Assembly: GCA_019313915.1 (NCBI GenBank)
Contig: JAFDAJ010000008.1
Location: forward strand, 5,973 to 69,972
Direction of reading: 5' to 3'
From: Deltaproteobacteria bacterium
GTDB taxonomy: Bacteria; Myxococcota_A; Polyangia; Polyangiales; Houyiibacteriaceae
DNA: 64,000 bases
Both the position numbers and the translations under genes were made by a program. Under the pieces are notes generated by a model that searched no databases, had not been told where the DNA came from, and was given only the letters and a program-made list of their open reading frames with translations. Shown one piece after another: positions 8,895-18,629 of the stretch. The stretch's first letter is position 1. Each line of letters begins with the position of its first letter.

Positions 8895-10082
8895 GTGTCA
8901 GACGAGGACCATATCTCCCAGAAGACGTTGGCGGTTCACGGCGGTGAACCGAGGACGTATCCGTACGACGCGTTGGTGGCGCCTATCACGCAGACCGCAA
9001 CGTATTCGTTTGCCGATACTGCCGAGCTCATCGCGTACTTCGAGGGGCGAAAACAACGCGAAGAGTACGGCCGGTACGGCAATCCATCGGTTCGCCTGGT
9101 TGAAGAAAAGCTAGCAGCGCTCGAGCGCACCGAGGACGCTGTGGCATTTGCGAGCGGCATGGCTGCGGTGACCTCGACGATTCTGGCGCTGGTGAAGTCC
9201 GGCTCGCACGTGATCCTGTTTGCGGACTGCTATCGCAGGACCAGGCAGTTTGTGACGACGTTCCTCGATCGCTTTGGCATATCGAGCACGCTCATCCCGC
9301 CGGCGGACATCGAGGCCCTGAGAGCGGCAATTCGGCCCGAGACTCGGCTCGTGATAGCCGAAGCTCCCACCAACCCCTACCAAACGATTCCCGACCTCGA
9401 GCAGGTCGCAGAGATTTGCCGCGAAAAAAAGGTCAAGACGCTCGTCGACAGCACGTTTGCCACGCCTGTGAATTTCCAGCCTGCGCGATATGGGATCGAT
9501 ATCGTCGTGCACAGCGCTACGAAGTACTTAGGGGGCCACAACGATGTGCTCGGTGGGGTGGTGGCGGGGAAGGCTGGGCTGGTATCGCTGGTTCGCGACC
9601 TCCGCAGCGTCTTCGGCGCCTGCCTCGATCCGCATGCTGCCTATCTCATCCACCGCGGCATCAAGACCTTGGCCCTTCGTGTCGAGCAGCAAAACGCCTC
9701 CGCGCAGGCGATAGCCGAGCGGCTCGAGCAGCATCCTCGGGTTCGGCGGATCTGGTATCCCGGCCTTCCCTCTCATCCGAACCACGAGACCGCTAAGCGC
9801 CTGATGAGCGGGTTTGGGGGCGTAGTCACGTTCGAGGTCGACGCCGATCTCGAGGGGACGAGCCGTTTCGTGGACGCATGTCGGATCCCGCGGATCGCGC
9901 CAAGCCTCGGCGGCGTCGAGTCGCTGATCGAGCAGCCGGCGTTGATGAGCTACTTCGAGCTTAGCGACGAGGAGCGCGAGGCGATCGGCATCAGGAACAA
10001 CCTCGTCCGCTATGCTGTGGGTATCGAAGACACCGACGATCTGATCGCTGATGTGGTCGCCGCCCTCGACAGCACGGGCTGA
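8895..10082 (+). CDS. Cys/Met-metabolism PLP-dependent enzyme (cystathionine gamma-synthase/beta-lyase family)
   Basis: PLP-lysine signature DIVVHSATKYLGGHNDVLGG. The overall layout is typical of the transsulfuration family. The exact reaction cannot be assigned from sequence alone. Confidence 0.85.
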   Translation: MSDEDHISQKTLAVHGGEPRTYPYDALVAPITQTATYSFADTAELIAYFEGRKQREEYGRYGNPSVRLVEEKLAALERTEDAVAFASGMAAVTSTILALVKSGSHVILFADCYRRTRQFVTTFLDRFGISSTLIPPADIEALRAAIRPETRLVIAEAPTNPYQTIPDLEQVAEICREKKVKTLVDSTFATPVNFQPARYGIDIVVHSATKYLGGHNDVLGGVVAGKAGLVSLVRDLRSVFGACLDPHAAYLIHRGIKTLALRVEQQNASAQAIAERLEQHPRVRRIWYPGLPSHPNHETAKRLMSGFGGVVTFEVDADLEGTSRFVDACRIPRIAPSLGGVESLIEQPALMSYFELSDEEREAIGIRNNLVRYAVGIEDTDDLIADVVAALDSTG

Positions 10083-10199
10083 GGTATGTCTGTCGATAGT
10101 GCGATTCGCCTCACAAAACGACGCTGCAACTCTTCTCTCCCACTGGGATAACGCCCGGGTCCGTATATAGAGAAAGGACGCAAGTGCGCGAAATCGCTG

Positions 10200-10227
10200 T
10201 TGACGCGCCTGAGGGCCTGGATATACT
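10200..10227 (+). promoter_or_regulatory. Sigma-70-type promoter candidate for the IHF-like gene (TTGACG-N16-TATACT)
   Basis: TTGACG at 10200-10205, 16-nt spacer, TATACT at 10222-10227, about 25 nt upstream of ATG 10252. Confidence 0.45.
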
Positions 10228-10251
10228 TGGCGCCCAATGGGGAGAGAATCG

Positions 10252-10563
10252 ATGACGAAGTCGGAGCTCATCGACGCTGTAGCCCAGCGGACGAAGATCA
10301 CCAAAAGTCGAGCGGAACACGTTGTAAACTGCGTCTTTAACGCAATGACATCGGCGCTCGAGCAAGGGGAGGGGATCGAGATCCGGGGCTTCGGGAGCTT
10401 CACGGTCCGTGAATACAAGTCGTACAGCGGGCGGAACCCTCGGACGGGCAAGCCGGTGCCGGTTCCCGAGAAGCGCCTTCCGTTCTTCAAGGTCGGCAAA
10501 GAGCTCAAAGAGCTCGTCGATGGTGGCAGTGCCGAGGGCGGGGCCGCCGAGTCCGGCGAGTAG
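10252..10563 (+). CDS. ihfB: Integration host factor beta-like (HU/IHF family) DNA-binding protein
   Basis: MTKSELIDAVA...GEGIEIRGFGSFTVRE...GRNPRTGKPVPVPEKRLPFFKVGKELK closely follows the IHF-beta pattern. Start moved to ATG 10252, behind a GGAGAG Shine-Dalgarno; the track ORF opens at 10237. Confidence 0.8.
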   Translation: MTKSELIDAVAQRTKITKSRAEHVVNCVFNAMTSALEQGEGIEIRGFGSFTVREYKSYSGRNPRTGKPVPVPEKRLPFFKVGKELKELVDGGSAEGGAAESGE

Positions 10564-10572
10564 AGGCTGCGG

Positions 10573-11796
10573 ATGAAGCCTGAAGCGCAGCTCGCCGAGC
10601 TCAAGCGCGGTGTGGTCGACCTGCATGTCGAGACGGAGCTACTCGAGCGTTTGAACGCAGGTAAGCCTCTCAAGATCAAAGCGGGTTTCGACCCGACGCG
10701 GCCGGACCTCCATCTCGGGCACACGGTGCTCCTCAACAAGATGCGCCAGTTCCAAGAGCTGGGGCACGACGTGGTGTTCATCGTTGGCGACTTCACGGCG
10801 CAGATCGGCGACCCGTCCGGGAGGAGCAGCACGCGACCTGTTCCGACGCGCGACGAGATCCTCGAGGGCGCGCACACGTACGCCGAGCAGGCATTCAAGA
10901 TCCTCGATCAAGAGCGCACTCAAATCGTCTACAACGGCGAGTGGCTCGGCAAGATGGCGTTCGACGACGTCATCCGGCTTGCAGGCAAGTACACCCTTGC
11001 ACGCATGATGGAGCGCGACGATTTCAAGCGGCGTTGGGCGGAGCACCAGAGCATTTCGCTTCACGAGCTACTGTATCCACTTGCCCAAGCGTACGACTCG
11101 GTAGTGCTCGAATGCGACGTTGAGCTTGGCGGGACCGACCAGCTCTTCAACCTGCTCGTCGGTCGGGAGATCATGCGAGAGATGGGTCAGCGGCCTCAGA
11201 TCGTCATGACGACGCCGATTCTCGAAGGCATCAACGCGCGCTTCGAGGACGGCAAAATCGTGGGTGCCAAGATGAGCAAATCGCTCGACAACTACATAGG
11301 CGTGGCGGAACCGCCCAGAGAGCAGTTCGGCAAGTTGATGAGCATCTCGGATGACTTGATGTGGCGCTACTACGAGCTGCTCTCTACAGAGCCCTCGCTC
11401 GAAGTCGAGCGGCGCAAGCGCGCGTGCGCTGCAGGCGACATGAACCCACGGGATGCCAAGATCGCTCTCGGCAAAGAGATCGTCGCCCGCTACCACGACG
11501 CCGAGCAGGCGAACGCGGCCGAAGCCTCCTGGCTAGCCCAGTTCTCCAAGCGTCAGATCCCCGACAACATTCCCGAGCACGACGTCACCCTGGAAGAAGA
11601 CACCGTCTGGGTCCCCAAGCTACTGAGCGACATCGGCCTCGTGAAGAGCTCCAGCGACGGCCGCCGCCGCATCCAACAAGGCGGCGTAGAAATCGACGGA
11701 GACCGCCTAACCGACCCCCAAGCCAAACTCCCCAAAGGCCGCCGCTACGTCATAAAAGCCGGCAAACGCGCCTGGGCAGCCGTAACCCTGAAATAG
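10573..11796 (+). CDS. tyrS: Tyrosine--tRNA ligase
   Basis: Class I HIGH-type motif (DLHLGH), KMSKS motif, and a C-terminal S4-like RNA-binding domain (GLVKSSSDGRRRIQQGGVEIDGDR). Confidence 0.95.
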   Translation: MKPEAQLAELKRGVVDLHVETELLERLNAGKPLKIKAGFDPTRPDLHLGHTVLLNKMRQFQELGHDVVFIVGDFTAQIGDPSGRSSTRPVPTRDEILEGAHTYAEQAFKILDQERTQIVYNGEWLGKMAFDDVIRLAGKYTLARMMERDDFKRRWAEHQSISLHELLYPLAQAYDSVVLECDVELGGTDQLFNLLVGREIMREMGQRPQIVMTTPILEGINARFEDGKIVGAKMSKSLDNYIGVAEPPREQFGKLMSISDDLMWRYYELLSTEPSLEVERRKRACAAGDMNPRDAKIALGKEIVARYHDAEQANAAEASWLAQFSKRQIPDNIPEHDVTLEEDTVWVPKLLSDIGLVKSSSDGRRRIQQGGVEIDGDRLTDPQAKLPKGRRYVIKAGKRAWAAVTLK

Positions 11797-11805
11797 GGAC
11801 AGGAT

Positions 11806-11892
11806 CCGGGGTCCTAACCCCGCGAGAACAGACAGTTCCCCAGGCAAGGATCCCAACGACGTTTCGTCGGGGTCGGGGGGTTAGGGGTCCGG
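11806..11892. repeat. Long imperfect inverted repeat (16-nt arms) enclosing a small hairpin, downstream of tyrS
   Basis: CCGGGGTCCTAACCCC (11806-11821) pairs with GGGGTTAGGGGTCCGG (11877-11892) with 1 mismatch and 2 G-U pairs. There is an inner CGACG-TTT-CGTCG hairpin and no U-tract. Confidence 0.35.
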
Positions 11893-11903
11893 AGGGTGTC
11901 CCC

Positions 11904-11932
11904 TTGACTCGCTAAGATTTACGATGTAAATG
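11904..11932 (+). promoter_or_regulatory. TetR-gene promoter candidate (TTGACT-N17-TAAATG) overlapping the palindrome ATTTAC-GAT-GTAAAT
   Basis: TTGACT at 11904-11909. Perfect 6-bp-arm palindrome at 11917-11931, overlapping the -10 region and the annotated ATG (11930). This is the classical position for TetR autoregulation and implies a leaderless or downstream (GTG 11939) start. Confidence 0.4.
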
Positions 11933-12532
11933 ATTTGGGTGGCTCGGGCGGTTTTGACGGCGGAGGAGTTGGGTGCGTTTCGGGGGCGGGCTGTGGCTGC
12001 TGCGACGCAGCTGTTTGCGGAGCGGGGGTATCGGGGCGTGACGCTCCGGTCGTTGGCGAAGGAGCTCGGGGTGAGCCCGATGACGCCGTATCGGTACTTC
12101 GACAACAAGGAAGAGTTGTTTGCGATGGTGCGGACGGAGGCGTTCCGGAGGTTCGCCGATGCTCAGCGCGATTCGGTCGCAGGGATTGAGGATCCGGAGG
12201 ACGCGCTCCGGATGTTGGGTAGGGCGTACGTGGGTTTCGCGCTCGATGAGCCGGACGCGTACCACATCATGTTTGAGCTCTTGCAAGCACCCGCCGGGAC
12301 TTATCCCGAGCTCGAGACGGAGCAGGCGCGCTCGTTTTCTTATCTTCACGAAGCGGTGCAGGCGAGCGTGGAAGCAGGGCTCTTGGAAGGAGAGTCGCTT
12401 CCCCGGGCGCACTATCTTTGGGCTCAGGTCCACGGTCTGGTTTCGCTGCACCTCGCGGGAAAGCTCGTGATGGGTTGCAGTCTTGAAGAGTTGGTGTCGA
12501 CGGTTTTCGAGAAGCCGGAAGCAGCGCAGTGA
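11930..12532 (+). CDS. TetR/AcrR-family transcriptional regulator
   Basis: N-terminal HTH (ATQLFAERGYRGVTLRSLAKELGVSPMTPYRYFDNKEELF). About 200 aa with a helical C-terminal ligand domain. Confidence 0.85.
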   Translation: MIWVARAVLTAEELGAFRGRAVAAATQLFAERGYRGVTLRSLAKELGVSPMTPYRYFDNKEELFAMVRTEAFRRFADAQRDSVAGIEDPEDALRMLGRAYVGFALDEPDAYHIMFELLQAPAGTYPELETEQARSFSYLHEAVQASVEAGLLEGESLPRAHYLWAQVHGLVSLHLAGKLVMGCSLEELVSTVFEKPEAAQ

Positions 12533-12552
12533 CGCGCACATAGGAGAACGAC

Positions 12553-14202
12553 ATGCGAATCGGAACATCGTACAAGCAACATCCCGGCCTCGCCGATCAC
12601 TGGGATGCAATCGTCATCGGCTCGGGTATCGGGGGGCTTTCCGTCGCGGCGACCATGGCGAAGCTAGCCGGTAAGCGTGTCCTCGTTCTCGAGCGACACT
12701 ATACGGCGGGCGGTTTCACGCACACGTTCCGCAGGCCCGGGTACGAGTGGGATGTCGGTGTTCACTACATCGGCGACGTCTCCCATCCCCGCGCTTCCTC
12801 CCGGAGGCTCTTCGATTTCCTCACCGACGGTGAGCTCGAATGGGCCGACATGGGAGACGTGTACGACCGCATCTTTCTCGGCGAAAATTCGTACGATTTC
12901 GTGAAGGGCCTCGAGAACTTCCGCGCGCAACTGCACGAGTACTTCCCCGATGAAAAGGATGCGATCAATCAGTACTTGGAGAAGGTCATCGCCACCGCGA
13001 AAAAGGCGCAGCTCTTCTTCGCAGAAAAGGCGATGCCTCCGTTCGTTTCGACGCTCTTTGGAGGCATGATGCGCCGTCCGCTTCTCAAAGAGGCTATGCA
13101 GACCACGCGGGAAGTCCTCGAAGAGCTCACGCAGAATCAAGAGCTCATCGGGGTGCTGACGGGACAGTTCGGAGACTACGGATTGGTGCCGTCCGAGAGT
13201 AGCTTCTTCATTCACGCCATGGTCGCGAGCCATTATTTCCGTGGCGCTGCGTATCCCATCGGCGGCTCCGCTCGAATCGCCCAAACCATTCTCCCGGTGA
13301 TCGAAAGCGCAGGTGGCGAGGTGGTGACCAACGCGGAGGTCACCGAGATCATCATCGACAATGGGCAAGCGGTGGGCGTCAAGCTCGTCGACGGTCACGA
13401 GCTTCGCGCGCCGACGATCATCAGCGATGCCGGGGCGGTGAACACGTTCTCGCGCTTGCTGCCGGAAGCGGCCGCAAAGGCGACTGGGTTCCCGAGTAAG
13501 GTGGACGAGGTAGGCGCATCGATCGCACACCTATCCTTGTACGTCGGATTGAAGGGCACCACTGAAGATCTGGGGCTCGAGAAGACCAATCTTTGGGTGT
13601 ATCGGGATCACAAGCACGAAGAGAACTTCAAGCGCTTCCAGGAAGACATCCGCGCGCCGCTTCCCGTCGTGTACCTGTCGTTCCCATCAGCCAAGGACCC
13701 GGACTTCGATCGCCGTTATCCCGGCCACTCGACCATCGAGGCCGTCACCTTGGGGCCTTACGAACCGTTCCAAGCATGGGAGAACACACCGTGGAAGAAG
13801 CGGGGCGCCGAGTACGACGATCTCAAGGCAAGTCTTTCGGAGCGTTTGCTCGACACGCTACACAAGCACGCGCCCGGCACGCGCGGGAAGGTGGAGATCA
13901 CGGAGCTGTCGACGCCGCTCTCTACCCGCAATTTCGCGGCGCACCCGCACGGCGAAATCTACGGCCTCCAACACACTGCGCACCGCTTCGAGCAACGTTG
14001 GCTTCGTCCGCGCACGCCGATCAAGGGTTTGTATCTAACGGGCGCGGACGTGTGCTCCGCCGGTGTCGTCGGTGCAATGATGGGCGGCATGCTCTGCAGC
14101 TCTGCGGTGCTCAAGGGCAACGTCCTCGGGCGAGTCCTGAAGCATCAGGCGCAAACGTTGAGCGCAAAGGTGCCGAAGCGACGGACACCCGCCCGCGCCT
14201 AG
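12553..14202 (+). CDS. FAD/NAD(P)-dependent oxidoreductase, phytoene-desaturase (CrtI)/retinol-saturase-like family
   Basis: N-terminal Rossmann DAIVIGSGIGGLSVAA...VLVLERHYTAGG. Length and C-terminal GLYLTGADV motif are typical of CrtI-like amine-oxidase-fold enzymes. Lies immediately downstream of the TetR gene. Confidence 0.8.
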   Translation: MRIGTSYKQHPGLADHWDAIVIGSGIGGLSVAATMAKLAGKRVLVLERHYTAGGFTHTFRRPGYEWDVGVHYIGDVSHPRASSRRLFDFLTDGELEWADMGDVYDRIFLGENSYDFVKGLENFRAQLHEYFPDEKDAINQYLEKVIATAKKAQLFFAEKAMPPFVSTLFGGMMRRPLLKEAMQTTREVLEELTQNQELIGVLTGQFGDYGLVPSESSFFIHAMVASHYFRGAAYPIGGSARIAQTILPVIESAGGEVVTNAEVTEIIIDNGQAVGVKLVDGHELRAPTIISDAGAVNTFSRLLPEAAAKATGFPSKVDEVGASIAHLSLYVGLKGTTEDLGLEKTNLWVYRDHKHEENFKRFQEDIRAPLPVVYLSFPSAKDPDFDRRYPGHSTIEAVTLGPYEPFQAWENTPWKKRGAEYDDLKASLSERLLDTLHKHAPGTRGKVEITELSTPLSTRNFAAHPHGEIYGLQHTAHRFEQRWLRPRTPIKGLYLTGADVCSAGVVGAMMGGMLCSSAVLKGNVLGRVLKHQAQTLSAKVPKRRTPARA

Positions 14203-15548
14203 ATCCCGGCCACACGAATCACCGCGTCGCGCGACGGAAAGTCGTCGCCGACACGTTCGAGCAGGACGTCGGCAGGGCACCGCGAACCCTCGAGGAGCCC
14301 GCGCAACGGGCGTAGCAAGACGGTTTCGTCCTCACCCACGTCGTTTTGGTCGCCGATTCGCCGAAGGCCCGCCTCTGCGAGCTCGAGCACCTCGCCCGCC
14401 CAATCGACGGCCTCGCGGTTCATGAACTTCGTGCGAACGCCGTGCCGCGCGAGTGCGTCGCGTTGACGATCAACTTCAGGAAACGACCAGCTGTCCACCA
14501 AGCCCTCGAGCGAGCGGAAGCTGTCATCGTCGTACAACAGTCCCTTCCACAGAGCGGGGAGGGCGAACGACATCTCCGGGCGTTGCACGTCAGCGCCCCG
14601 GTATTCGAGCGTGTTCTTGAGCCTCACTTCCGGAAAGATCGTGCTCAGGTGATCCACCCAATCCGCGTAGTTCGCCTTGATGCCTTGGAAGCCATCTTCC
14701 ATGAACGAACCGAACGTCTGGCCGGTATTGTAATGAGCCTTGCCGTTGCGCTTCACGAGAAACATCGGCGCGGCAAGTGCCCATTCGATGTACTCGAGGT
14801 ACGAGGAATGGTCTTTCCAGGCGAAAGGCAACAACCCGGAGCGGTCGGGGTCCATGTGAAGCCAGGCGAGCGCGCGATACGATCGGTAGCCGCTCCGTTG
14901 GCCACCTTCCCACGGGCTGTTGGCAAACATCGCGGTGATGATCGGTTGCACGCGTAGACCGACGCGGAGCTTGCGCATGGCGTCGTCTTCTGAGGCATAG
15001 TCGAGATTGGCCTGCACGGTGCAGGTCTTGGTCATCATGTCGCCCGCCATCGAGCCGCGTGTCGGCATGTACTCGCGCATGACGTCGTAGCGCATCTTCG
15101 GGACCCACCCGAGCTCCTCGACCGACGCGAAGGGGTGGCAACCGAGCCCGAGCCACACGAGCCCGAGCTCGTCGATGACCGGCTGGAGGTCGGCCCAATG
15201 GGCATCGGACTCCGTCTTGCCGTCGTGCACCGTCTTATACGGCGCCCCGGACAGCTCGATTTGCGATCCTGGCTCGAGCGTCACTGAGGCGTCCTCACGC
15301 CGAAGGGCGATGATCGGACCACCCTCCGTTTCGCGCTGGGGCTCCCAGCCGTGTTCCGCGATCAGCCGGTCGAAGATCGCCGTGACGCTGACAGCGCCAT
15401 CATAAGGCAGGTGTCTCCCGTTCGCCTTTTGTACCGCGATTCGCTCGGCTTCCGTACCAATGCGCCAACGCTCCCGCGGCTTCTCCGCGTCGTGGAACAG
15501 CACGAGCAAGTCATCCATCCCGCGAAGCGGGGCATCGGGTTTCGACAA
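14199..15548 (-). CDS. gshA: Glutamate--cysteine ligase, plant-type (GCS2 family)
   Basis: RIGTEAERIAV, MRKLRVGLRVQPIITAMFANSPW and a length of about 450 aa match the plant/proteobacterial GSH1-type enzyme. Confidence 0.85.
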   Translation of the reverse strand: MSKPDAPLRGMDDLLVLFHDAEKPRERWRIGTEAERIAVQKANGRHLPYDGAVSVTAIFDRLIAEHGWEPQRETEGGPIIALRREDASVTLEPGSQIELSGAPYKTVHDGKTESDAHWADLQPVIDELGLVWLGLGCHPFASVEELGWVPKMRYDVMREYMPTRGSMAGDMMTKTCTVQANLDYASEDDAMRKLRVGLRVQPIITAMFANSPWEGGQRSGYRSYRALAWLHMDPDRSGLLPFAWKDHSSYLEYIEWALAAPMFLVKRNGKAHYNTGQTFGSFMEDGFQGIKANYADWVDHLSTIFPEVRLKNTLEYRGADVQRPEMSFALPALWKGLLYDDDSFRSLEGLVDSWSFPEVDRQRDALARHGVRTKFMNREAVDWAGEVLELAEAGLRRIGDQNDVGEDETVLLRPLRGLLEGSRCPADVLLERVGDDFPSRDAVIRVAGI

Positions 15549-15619
15549 CGTGTCCTCTAAGTCCGTCCGTGGGTCAGTTCGCGGTTGCGTAGGAGGCCCG
15601 GACGTGGTGGAACACCCCC

Positions 15620-16168
15620 GTGGATCGACTGCTCGAGCTTCTCCGGGAACGCGGATTCCGTCGCGGCAACTTCGTGCTGAGCTCTGGAAAAGAAAGCGAC
15701 TTCTTCATCGACTGTAAGCCGGCCGTGCTCTTGGCCGAAGGCCACGTGCTGGTAGGTCAGGCGCTGCTCAAACGGATTCGCGACGTCATGGGTCCCGTTT
15801 CGGCGGTCGCTGGAGTCGAGCTCGGCGGGTGCCCGCTCGCATCAGCGGTCGCAAGCGCGTCCTGGGCGGACGGCGGTCCCATCGATGCAGTCTACATCCG
15901 CAAGGCGACCAAAGGTCACGGCACCCGAAAGATGCTCGAAGGCGCCGACCGCCTCAGCCGGGACGCAACACTCGTCATCGTCGAAGACACAGTGACTACC
16001 GGCGGATCGACCCTTCGCGCCATCCAAGCCGTCCGCGACGCGGGGTTTGAGGTTGCGGGCGTGATCGCGGTGGTCGACCGACTCGAAGGTGGGGCCGCCG
16101 CCATTCGTGACAGCGGCGTGTCCTTCAGCACTCTGTACGACCGGACAGACTTCATGGGGGATGCATGA
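15620..16168 (+). CDS. pyrE: Orotate phosphoribosyltransferase
   Basis: GNFVLSSGKESDFFIDCK and the PRPP-binding loop VIVEDTVTTGGS. GTG start. Confidence 0.9.
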   Translation: MDRLLELLRERGFRRGNFVLSSGKESDFFIDCKPAVLLAEGHVLVGQALLKRIRDVMGPVSAVAGVELGGCPLASAVASASWADGGPIDAVYIRKATKGHGTRKMLEGADRLSRDATLVIVEDTVTTGGSTLRAIQAVRDAGFEVAGVIAVVDRLEGGAAAIRDSGVSFSTLYDRTDFMGDA

Positions 16169-16821
16169 GGCGCGCTTGGGCACTGCCACTACTTTGGCTC
16201 GTCATCGGAGTTGGGGCCGCTTCAGGTTGCAAGCACCCGAAGATCTCGATGCAGCCAGGTGCGCGCACGTTCACACCCGAGTCGTACATTAGCGTTTGGG
16301 AGGCGTGGACGCGCGACAAAGAGTCCTTCTCGTGGAAGGAGCTGGCTCACGAGATTCATGTGGCAGCGACCTTCGAATCCTGGGAGTTTCGATGGGCATA
16401 CGTGGTTCGTTACGCCTACGACTACAGTCTCAAGCCGGAGGCGCGCGACGAAATGCTCGACGCCAGCCTGGCGAGCTCGCGGCAGGAACACCGGTTTTTC
16501 GTGACCTTGTCCGGGATGGACTTCAGAGAATCAAACCTGGCCGGCAAGTCGTCAGCATGGCGGGTGCTTCTGATCGATCCGGCAGGTAACCAGACCGTCC
16601 CGGTGCTCATGGAGCGTGTGAAACGCCCCACCGCGGTCGATCGGGTCTACTTCCCCCAGGTGAGTCCCTATCGGGAGACCTTTCGGCTCACGTTTCCCGC
16701 CGTCGAGGCCGACGGCCGCAAAACGATTCCCGATGGTGCGAAGTTCATACTCTTGCGCTTCACAGGCGCCCGAGGCCGGGCCGACCTCCGATGGGACCTC
16801 CAGCCTACCCAGGGCGCTTGA
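16165..16821 (+). CDS. Hypothetical lipoprotein
   Basis: Signal peptide with lipobox (LVIGVGAASGC). ATGA overlap with the pyrE stop. No recognisable domain. Confidence 0.6.
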   Translation: MRRAWALPLLWLVIGVGAASGCKHPKISMQPGARTFTPESYISVWEAWTRDKESFSWKELAHEIHVAATFESWEFRWAYVVRYAYDYSLKPEARDEMLDASLASSRQEHRFFVTLSGMDFRESNLAGKSSAWRVLLIDPAGNQTVPVLMERVKRPTAVDRVYFPQVSPYRETFRLTFPAVEADGRKTIPDGAKFILLRFTGARGRADLRWDLQPTQGA

Positions 16822-16828
16822 AGAAGGT

Positions 16829-16858
16829 TTGACAGCGCCAATCCGGGCTCGCTATCAT
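16829..16858 (+). promoter_or_regulatory. Sigma-70-type promoter candidate (TTGACA-N18-TATCAT) for the HEAT-repeat lipoprotein gene
   Basis: Perfect -35 TTGACA at 16829-16834 and TATCAT at 16853-16858. The spacer is one nt longer than optimal. Confidence 0.4.
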
Positions 16859-16918
16859 TCGCTGGTTGCGTAAGCCTTCGTAACAAATGGGGAAACGGGC
16901 CGTGTGGGGAGGTTCAGA

Positions 16919-18610
16919 ATGATTGTGCGCCACAGGGGGTGGGCGGTTGCAGTTCTCGTTGCAACGCTTGGTTTGGGTTGTCATGCCGCGGAGGACGATC
17001 CGGAAGGACAAGCCAGTGAGCTTTCCGATCCGGTTCGGCGTGAGAACGCAGTCTTTAATCTCAAGAAAGTCTACACCGAAACACTCGCCGCGAACGGTGG
17101 GGATCGAAGCAGCGCTGACGTAAAGGCAGTCGCCGATGTCATCGTCGATCCACTCACGCGGGCATATATCGATTACCCGGAAGACCGAATCAACGGGCTC
17201 CATATGTTGGATCTGTTGCACGAAATGCAGGACCCGCGAAGCCTCCCAGCGCTGCTCGAAGCGTTGAACTGGCGCACCGAAGTATCGGAAGATCACGCGA
17301 CTCGTGCAGCCCAGACCATCCAGGCGATGGACATTCCTGCGGCCGAGCGCGCCAACGTCATCCAAGCACTTGCGCGCTCATTAGAGCGCATCACAGACTC
17401 GCGCTCAGAGGATAACAAGATGCGCGTGTCTATGATTCGCGCCCTCGGGTCGCTCAAGGACAAAGGCGCGACCGAGATCCTGACGAACATCGCCACCAAA
17501 CAAGACGAGAAGCAGAATTTCATCATCAATCGTTTGGCTGCGCAGCAACTTGGCGAGCTGAGGGACCCCGCAGCAATTCCCGCTCTGATCAAGTGCCTCT
17601 TTCTGTTTGCGCCGAATCATCCGGAGCTCCGCATGAACGATGTGGCTGCCGAAGCGCTGATTCTCATCGGCCGCCCCTCACTCAAACCCCTGCTTGCAAT
17701 GCTTGCGGGCAAGGATGCGACGGCGAATGCGATTGCGAAGCAGTACATCGATGCCATCAAGGCCCGCCGGCCCGATCTGGCCCGCAGCATTGCGGTCCGG
17801 CAAGTGACCGGCGGCGAAGCGAGCTTTGCGCTTGGCGCGCTCGGGTTCTCCCAGGCGTTGGAGCCACTCCTTCAAGAGGCCGCGTCCTCGGATACGGCCC
17901 GCAAGCTGAACGCGGCCATCGCCTTGGTGCGCGTCGACGTTCCCGAGGCGCAGAAGGACCGTGTTCGCACAACCTTGAAGAGAGTCTACGGAGATCTCCC
18001 AAAGGGCTACCAAGGCGTCGCGATGCGTGCGCAGTTGATCGCTGTAATCGCGCACACGTACGACGCGGAGATGATGCCCTTTATCTACGCCCAGGTGGTG
18101 GACAAGAAGGCCAATCCTGATGTGCGTCTAATCGCCGTGCAGAACTACGCGCTCCTCGCGAACAAGGCCGAGGCGGCGAACCTCGCGCAGGCTATTGCGA
18201 ACGAGAAACCTTCCGAGGCCGGTGGCTACCGGGAGAAGTTCGAAGAGCGCAACCCTCTGCTCGACCTTGCAAACGAGTGCGATACGAATGTCGATTGCTG
18301 GGTCTCGAAAGCGAGCAGCGCAGACGCCGACAAGGCGCGCAAGGGAGCGTACATGCTGGGGCGCTACGCCAAAGGCAACGACAAGGCTATCGACGCGTTG
18401 GTTGGCCAGCTCGGTAACGAGGACCTCGGTGTTCGCCTCGCTGCGCTCATGGCGCTCGACAAAATCGCGGTCGAGGGTAGTCCCGGAGCCGTGGCCAAAA
18501 TTGACGAGCTTCGAACCCGCGAAGAGGGCCAGTCCGTCTGGACTCGCTTCCGGGGCGAGGCACTACCCATCCAGGCCCGACTTCGCAGCCGGGCTGGTGA
18601 CGCCGGCTGA
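16919..18610 (+). CDS. HEAT-repeat lipoprotein
   Basis: ATG 16919 behind a GGGGAGG Shine-Dalgarno. Lipobox (LVATLGLGC). Repeated ~30-aa helical units with DPRSLPALLEAL / DPAAIPALIKCL / VRLAALMALDKI HEAT-like signatures. Confidence 0.7.
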   Translation: MIVRHRGWAVAVLVATLGLGCHAAEDDPEGQASELSDPVRRENAVFNLKKVYTETLAANGGDRSSADVKAVADVIVDPLTRAYIDYPEDRINGLHMLDLLHEMQDPRSLPALLEALNWRTEVSEDHATRAAQTIQAMDIPAAERANVIQALARSLERITDSRSEDNKMRVSMIRALGSLKDKGATEILTNIATKQDEKQNFIINRLAAQQLGELRDPAAIPALIKCLFLFAPNHPELRMNDVAAEALILIGRPSLKPLLAMLAGKDATANAIAKQYIDAIKARRPDLARSIAVRQVTGGEASFALGALGFSQALEPLLQEAASSDTARKLNAAIALVRVDVPEAQKDRVRTTLKRVYGDLPKGYQGVAMRAQLIAVIAHTYDAEMMPFIYAQVVDKKANPDVRLIAVQNYALLANKAEAANLAQAIANEKPSEAGGYREKFEERNPLLDLANECDTNVDCWVSKASSADADKARKGAYMLGRYAKGNDKAIDALVGQLGNEDLGVRLAALMALDKIAVEGSPGAVAKIDELRTREEGQSVWTRFRGEALPIQARLRSRAGDAG

Positions 18611-18629
18611 GACCGCTGGCGGCTGAGCC

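Noticed and set aside
9528-10898. 456-aa minus-strand ORF spanning the PLP enzyme, IHF and tyrS genes. Similar long antisense ORFs occur at 281-967, 2265-3188, 7839-8771, 20413-21501, 27383-28243, 44190-45419, 50533-51492, 51835-53265, 53790-54707, 54968-56203, 56974-58380 and 60422-61507.
   Set aside because: All lie antisense to ORFs with clear family motifs. They are R/S/A/P/G-rich with no recognisable domains, and several cross intergenic spacers. This is the classic shadow-ORF behaviour of high-GC genomes.
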